Positions 22,042 through 29,213 of a DNA stretch of 29,213 bases are shown here, piece after piece (position 1 is the first letter of the stretch; each line of letters opens with the position of its first letter). This DNA comes from Geosiphon pyriformis uo1. Lineage: Eukaryota > Fungi > Glomeromycota. A program made the position numbers and the translations under genes. The stretch lies in NCBI GenBank assembly GCA_016748015.1, contig JAAOMT010000239.1, forward strand, positions 1 to 29,213, read 5' to 3'. The notes beneath the pieces were generated by a model. That model searched no databases. It was given only the letters and a program-made list of their open reading frames with translations, and was not told the origin of the DNA.

Positions 22042-23128
22042 AAATCAAGTTTAAACCAATCATTTAAAATGATGGAAATTTTTCATGCTCGGAAAATATA
22101 AGAAATTCACAACAAGATCAATAAATTTTTTTATTAGATTCTAAAAGTTTATGACAGCACTTAAGGAAGAGGTCTTTTTCTCAACTACTGTTAATAATAT
22201 ATGCACTCATCCATTTACATTCAGCTGATTTAGATCCCCAACATAAAATTATTCATTTTTTACTTTATTACTAGTAAATTATTGACAAATTCTTAGAAAG
22301 ATAATTAAAGTATTTTTGTACCCATTAAAACAAAAAAATTTTAGGAGTTTTATAAAGTTGTTTTAAATATTGTAAAGAAATATGGGGAATGCAACCTAAA
22401 ATATATATTCAGGACCTTATGTTCATTTAGTAGAGAGCTTTGAGAAAAGTAAAAATTTAAGGCCATATTCCAAAGGTTTTTATCATTACTATATTAAGAA
22501 AAATTTAATATAAATGAATTAATATAGCGGTTTTGGATTGCCAAAAATTTATCATCGTTACTAAAATTCTATCCAAAAATCAATAATTTATTAAGAAAGT
22601 AATCAAAGAATTTATTTTAATTTTAAAATTTAAACTACCTTGAATGTTTTTCGAATTGAAATAGACTTAGGAACTTTAAAAATAGATGAATATTGCAGAT
22701 ATTTGATGATAATTAGTATTACAGATTCAGGAAAAAAAATTTCCCGAAAATTGCCATTATTTATTTCTTAAAGCTTAAATCACTATTTTATTTTCGTAAT
22801 TTAATTGAAGAATTTCATATGATAAATATTTTTATTTCTATAACGTTAAAATTTATTTCATTTAATTAAAAACTTTAATACTATTAAAATAAAACTTTTA
22901 AAATGGATGGCTTTTTTCAATATTAATTTTTAATTGGTAATTTTTTTGAAAAATTATATTTTTTTTTCTTTTTTAAATTTTTATTCAAGGTTGAATTTGT
23001 GTAAATTATTACAAAATTATTAAACCGTAAAGAAATAAAATGAAAAATTAATAACTTCAAATATTTAAAATTGAAAAAGGGTTATTTTGGTATTCATAAA
23101 TACTTATGAAAAATCTTGAAACTAAAAC

Positions 23129-23240
23129 AACTCGTCTAGAAGCTCATGACTTCAACGAGTATTAAAACAGTATTTGAAATAATTAAATGAATTCATGCAC
23201 AGTAGATTATTTCTTCATTTTTGAAAACCTTTCAAATGAA
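23129..23240. repeat. Dispersed ~110-bp repeat, copy 2
   Basis: AACTCGTCTAGAAGCTCATGACTTCAACGAGT...GTATTTGAAAT...TTGAAAA. Confidence 0.65.
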
Positions 23241-25372
23241 AAAACAGAATCAAGACAAAACAAAATAAAAATTTAATAAAAAAATATAAAATTTCAAAAA
23301 TAAAAGTATTGCAAATAAAAAATTATAACTAGATTTAATAAAAGAACAATTTATAATATTAGTTTTTTTTAATTGTTAATATAAATTGATAAATTTGGAC
23401 TAAAAATAAAAAGTAATTAGGGATAATTAGATTAAGGCTGTCTTAAATCCAAATTTAGATATAAGGAGAATATAGATAACTAACTTTTCCTACTTATATG
23501 TTATAATTTTTCTATGTAAAATAGTAATGCTTTTGTCTTATATTAATTAGCTCATATTTAATTTCCAGACTATTCCTGATAATGTACTATCTTGATCTTG
23601 AAAATTTGTTTTTCATGATTTATTTTAAATGCATGAAAGATTAATTTGAAAATTATAAATATAATATTTAATTTTTTCAACAATATCTTTAATGGCAAGT
23701 AGTTTATTAATTGTAATAATATACATTGTAATTTGAACAAATCTTACATATCTATTATTAAATTACTAAATATATTCAATTTAAAAAAATATCTGTTTTA
23801 TTATATAAAAGTCAAAATAAGGAGTTTATAGGCAACAAAAAGCAAAAATTTAAAATAAATAAATAAATAAAAATGAAATAGGAAAAAGAAATTAATTGTA
23901 TAAATTAATAAAATTTTTTATATTTACAAAAATAATTTATAAAGTTAATGAAATATTTTAAACAAATTCCGAAAATATTTGTTTAATAAAAAATATTAAA
24001 TAACTTAATTAATACTTAGCTAAATAATTAAAAATGTTATATATTATTTGATCAGAAATATTATTAAACATAATTAATTTCTTTTAATAAAATTTTATTT
24101 TTTAAAATTTCAACAATTTTATTTAAGACTTTAATAATTTGAATATTATTTAATAAACATAATTTTTAATTTTATGTTAAGTTTTTTTGGTTTAAAACCT
24201 CAATTAAAAAAAATCTAATAAAATATTATAATGTTAAAATGTCATATAATTACAATTTTAATTAATATCATGTTTATTTCTTATATTTGAAAATTATATT
24301 TTATCCCGATTCTTTAGAATGATTATTTTATAATTCAAATATTATATATATATTGTTATGCTAAAGCTAAAAATGGTTATTGTAAAAACTAGTATTAAAA
24401 ATCTTGAAATACAAAATACTTGTAATCGAAATTTTAGTTCATAATAATTATATTTTATTAAAAAAATTTGGAATTAAAATACAAATAAAAATAACATATG
24501 ATTTAAAATATTTTTAATATACACAACTCATATTATGTTTAATAATAGTAAAAAAAATAAAGATTCAATTTTTGTCATTTAGGTAACTGTTTTTTTAATT
24601 AAATTTAATCAATCTAAACTTATTATCTTATATTCTTTTTCCTTAATTTTCGACTTTTTAATTTCTTTGTTTTATTGTATTTGAATTTTTTTGGTACTGA
24701 ATATTATTTTTCTTATTAAATGAATTGGGTAATTTTTAAAATAATTCTTAATATTTTATTACAAAATACTTATATTGAAAAAAATTGCTTATGCTAAAAA
24801 ATGAATAAAACGCATAAGAATAAAAGCTTAACTTTTTGCTTGGTTAATTGACAACACTGAATACATTAATTATCACTAATGAAGAAAAAATACCAAGCTA
24901 GATACAATTGGTAATTTTCGATTATACATGTAATAGCTTCATGGCTTAAAAATGTCCCCCAGATAAATGAAATATAGTCTAAGCAATTATTTGACAAGCT
25001 AATAAAGTTTCTAAATATTTAAGTGAATAAAAAACTGATTAGGTTTGTTTAATATCTTTCCATCTTTAAATTTTCCGAGTTAGGCCGATGTGCGTGAAAT
25101 CCCGATTTTAACCCCCTTTTGAAGATCATTAGAATATAATTAAAAAAGAATATAGAGTGTTTTATGTTTAGATTCTCCTAATAAAGTCTAGAGATGATGT
25201 AAAATGATTATTGAAAGAAGTAGTGAATAAGTTGCTTTTTAATTAGCTATCCTAGGAATTATTTGTATAACACGTTATCAAAATATTAAAAGGCAAGATT
25301 TTTCTTCTGGTACTATATATATACGGTAATGCTTATGAGGAATTTTAGAAAATATGTAATATTTTTAAGTAA

Positions 25373-27466
25373 ATGGCTCTCTTATATATTATTGTCATCC
25401 TTGTCTCCCTCTACCTTTACAAAACCAAATTCTTAAATGCGAAAAGTAATGGCTTGAAGGGATTGCCTGAAGCACCAGGCCGGATTCCTATTCTTGGTAA
25501 TTTTCCGATATTTTTCGATTTAACAATATTAACAAACCCTATATATTTGAAAATTAAATGAGATTTTAAATTTCAAATTCATTTATTATTATAGGACATG
25601 TCTTTTTAATAAGCCGCACTATGTATAAAACGTAATTATATTTTAATAACCCCATAAATTATTGTGAATTGTTTATTTTACTAAAATATATTTATTTAAT
25701 ATAGGTTCGCTAAGTTGGGTGATATATTTACAATTTATATTGGCCCTCAGCGCTTTATAATTATAAACAGCCCCAAAGTTATTAATGATCTTATTGAAAA
25801 ACGTAACTATAAATTTTATTGATTTTCTGAGATTCGCCCCTAGATATCTAATAAAATAGCAAAATCTGACTATCCATAGGAGGTGCCATTTATTCCTCTA
25901 AAAAACCATCATATCTAATAACGACAACTTTGTTACGAGATAGGAGTATATTTGGTTCACCTTATAATGAGTGGTATCGAAAAGCGCAGCCATTAGGTAA
26001 GTGATTAATCAATCTTTTTGTTATTTATTTTTGAAAAAGTCTACAATAAAATATAATATTTTTATCCTAACTTTGATAGCTCATGGTTTTTTAACTCGAC
26101 AAAAAGTTGAATCTTATTACGACCTGATTGAACAAGGCACCAATGACCTCATCAATAAAATTTTGAAGGATGGCAACAAGTCAGATGGCATCGATCCTGA
26201 CCATTATTTACGCTTCACCTCATTCAATATGATAATAAACATCTTGTTTGCGATCCAATTGGAAGATTTTAATGATCAAATTTATCAAAAATTAGAGAAC
26301 GGTTACGCAAGAATTCTCGAAGCTCTTGGCTTTAAAAATCTTCTACCAAATCTATTCCCAATATTCTTGTCCTTTCCTCCATATCGAAAGGAGCTTTCCA
26401 ACATTATACAATTACGTGACGAATTGGAAACACTAATGCGAGGCTTATTGAAAAGAGTAGAGGATGATTTGGAAAAGAAACCATGTGTTTCCCAAGATTT
26501 TTTGCAGAAATTGAATGAAGGCTCTATTGACGAGTCAAGCGTTATTGCATTATGCAATGAGTTTATGCTAGCAGGAACAGTGAGTCCATAAATCCTATTT
26601 TAATAAGTGAATATCGCTATAATAAGTCAGATAAATTTTAAAAATCTTTTTATCAATTCTAGGAAGGCGTGGCACTTACTATATGTTGGCTTATTGCAAT
26701 TTTAGCCAATCATCCTGAGTTTCAACAGAAAGCGCACGAAGAATTAGACAAAGTAGTTGGACGTGAACGCTTACCAAACGTATCTGATTTTAACTCGCTT
26801 CCATATATCCAATCGCTGATTAAAGAAACTCTTCGTTGGAGACCTACAGTTCCGAATCTTTTTTATATTCTGCTACGTTTTTTTTCCAAATTATATCACT
26901 CATATATTCATAGTTTTTCTATTATTATTATTATTATTAGAATCCAGCACCGTTAAGGTTTCTTGAAAAAGATGATGAATATTTAGGATATCATATCCCA
27001 AAAAATTCATTCATCTATTTAAATATTTATGCGTTGAATTTTGACGAAAATCGGTATCAAAATCCCGACGTTTTCAATCCGGATCGGTTTCTTGATTCAA
27101 AAGAAAGCATTGCCGCTTCGGCAAAAGGTCCCTACCAAAATCGAGATCATTATTCTTTTTCGATTGGGAGACGAATTTGTACTGGAATTCACTTAGTAAG
27201 TTTTTAACAATTCTTTTTTAAATTCATTTTATTCTCCCCTAGATTCTGAAAATAAAATTTATATTTAATAGGCTGAAGCAGAATTACTCTCTATCTTAAG
27301 TGGCCTACTTTGGACCTTTAAAATCGAAAACGTGAAACGGGATGCAACCGGAAGGGTTCTTCCAATTGATCTGAACAATTCTTTTAAAAGTGCTCTTCAG
27401 ACTCCTAATCCATACAATGTCCGATTCATTCCGAGGCATCAAGAAAACAAATCTTTAAACCTATAA
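25373..27466 (+). CDS. Cytochrome P450, ~503 aa, 8 exons (25373-25496, 25595-25631, 25705-25802, 25880-25996, 26080-26579, 26663-~26848, ~26941-27195, 27272-27466)
   Basis: N-terminal anchor, PGRIPILGH hinge, WYRK C-helix, LAGTEGV I-helix, ETLR, PDRF, heme motif FSIGRRICTG (27157-27186). All introns are phase-compatible; the exon 6/7 junction is uncertain. Confidence 0.92.
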
Positions 27467-28199
27467 TTAAAATAATATTTCAAGTTTCTTATAACTGATT
27501 TCATTATATGAAAGAAATTCCCAATAATTTTTATTAAAAAATGACCTTTTTGAGCCTAAATTTTTAATAATGTGAAATTTATTTGCTATTATTAGACAAT
27601 GAAATAATAATTTATTTTTGAAATAAAAAATGGTTAAAACACAAAAATTACATTACAAGAAATAAAATTATCACTAAAATATTTAAAATTGTGATTTTTT
27701 AAAATATTAAACTACATTTAATTATTTTTTGTTAAAAGTTATTGAAACTGCAATTTGATAGCTATTTATTTAATTTATTTTTAATAACTAGTCAATATTT
27801 GGATAGCTTAATAATCTATGAATTAAGTGAATTAACTAAAATATGCACATGTAGTGTATATTTAAAAACCCAAAATGAAAGAATATTGTACCTTGATCAA
27901 TCTTTTAAAAAATGTCTTGTAAGATTTTTTTACTTATTCATAAATTGTTCGAATTTTTGCATCCCTTTTTTAACATTTGTCTAAGAATTTTTGTTTGAAT
28001 TCAAATTTGGACTGTTGAATAGTCAATTGAAAAGTTTTTTGTAAATAAGTCTTGAAAAAATAGCTGTTATACTTTGAATTGCTGTGCTGCTAAAATTATC
28101 AATTTGCTTCAAGCATTTAGCTGATTTCTGGAATGTGTTTTAAAGACTTTTCATGTAAGATTTAATGTTTATAATTTGTCGAAAGCAACCAAACTTATT

Positions 28200-28620
28200 T
28201 TCTTACTACAATGTTAATCTATGGAAAATCTTTTGTTTTTAACATAGAAAAACTTGCTATGCATTTTTAGATTATTGTTCATTATGTTTTAAAACAGCGA
28301 GAAGGTCATTTTATTAAACAAACAATATTTATTTTTCAGTTATTATTGAGCCTTTTTAATGAGTTTTTGAATGTAATTCTTGAAAGGCTTGTTAATATTA
28401 ATCATTATTCTTTACATGATTCATTGTTTCAGTTTTTTAAATTTTTTTTAATATTATTATGAATATTAGTAAAAGAGATTTTTGTTTATGTATAGAATTC
28501 TGGCATTATGCACATCTTGATTTAATCGAAATTTATATTTTTTTATGCAGCAGGAAAATGCAAAAAATAAATGTGTTGGTAAAGGTACCAGACTTTAGGC
28601 TTAATCACCAGTTTTCTTTT
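28200..28620 (-). mobile_element. Possible highly degenerate pogo/DDE_1 transposase remnant
   Basis: Minus-strand fragments in the expected order: KPKVW, RILYIN..H, ININKPFKNYIQK (LDVxINKPFK-like, ~28365-28405), KNA*QV (AW-like). Confidence 0.4.
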
Positions 28621-28924
28621 CTTTTCTATTTTGTGCATTGGAAATTGTATGTAACCAGAGGAATTCAAAAACGGTTGTGTTATGTGTAAAAAGTTTTTTT
28701 AAAATGTAATTTTTACTAAAACTAGAATATTTGAATTACTTGCCTTGAAATAAATATTTTCTTTAATTATCAAAAAGATTCAATATTATTCATATAGCAA
28801 TTAAGTCTACAGCAGAGGATTTAGAATTTAACTAAACACATTAAAGAAATGTTAAAAAGTGATGGAGCAATAAAATCTTTAAATAAATTTCCAATAAAAA
28901 GTATTCATTCAGAACCATTTTATA

Positions 28925-29213
28925 TACCGTAAACTCCCGTGAAGCAACCCCCTACGTCATCAATTTTGGATCGATTTTTTAGGGGGGTTGCTTATTCACG
29001 AGACTTTTTGAATACTTAATGCCTATTGGTCCAATGGTTAAATTATTCAGTGTGCATATATCTATTACGAATTTCAATCGCGTTGCTAATTTATTGATCA
29101 TCTGATTGAGCCATTTCGTTGGTATTAGAAGCTGATATTTCGATTATTATAAATGTGGTGAAATAGATACTTGTGTGAAATGCAACAACACAAAAATAAT
29201 ACCTTTGGATGAG
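28925..29213. mobile_element. Left terminus of a probable pogo/Tc2-type DNA transposon or MITE, continuing beyond the window
   Basis: TA|CCGTAAACTCCCGTGAAGCAACCCCCTA with a subterminal inverted copy TAGGGGGGTTGCTTATTCACGAGA (28980-29003). TA + CCGTA start with subterminal palindromes is typical of these elements. Confidence 0.55.

Noticed and set aside
26303-26557. Antisense ORF inside the P450 (likewise 21638-21829, 3600-3797, 3856-4056)
   Set aside because: Shadows of real coding sequence on the opposite strand.
3320-27466. Biosynthetic gene cluster (lipase + membrane protein + Myb + P450)
   Set aside because: No backbone enzyme, the lipase is disrupted, and the genes are widely spaced members of commonly expanded families.

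Overview
Very AT-rich eukaryotic genomic DNA with short spliceosomal introns and two N-gaps. It is most consistent with a Glomeromycotina/Mucoromycota fungus; this is an inference from the gene families present, and the GHGxGG-type class 3 lipase suggests a Geosiphon-like genome. Contents from left to right: (1) a ~1.47-kb repeated unit (1-569, repeated from 1467) carrying two different ~40-bp minisatellites, a CCTAACCCTAA telomere-like seed and an orphan 28S rRNA fragment; (2) a class 3 lipase pseudogene; (3) a Tc1 transposase relic; (4) a 4-exon multi-pass membrane protein gene with a GC-AG intron; (5) three paralogous multi-repeat Myb genes, two forming an inverted duplication; (6) a small secreted protein; (7) an 8-exon cytochrome P450 lacking the conserved I-helix Thr; (8) pogo-like transposon relics. 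All three Myb genes have a short leader exon missed by the ORF track, and their differences concentrate in the recognition helices. The most notable signals are the diversifying Myb cluster and the rRNA-fragment-bearing repeat. Gene models and alignments were done by eye.
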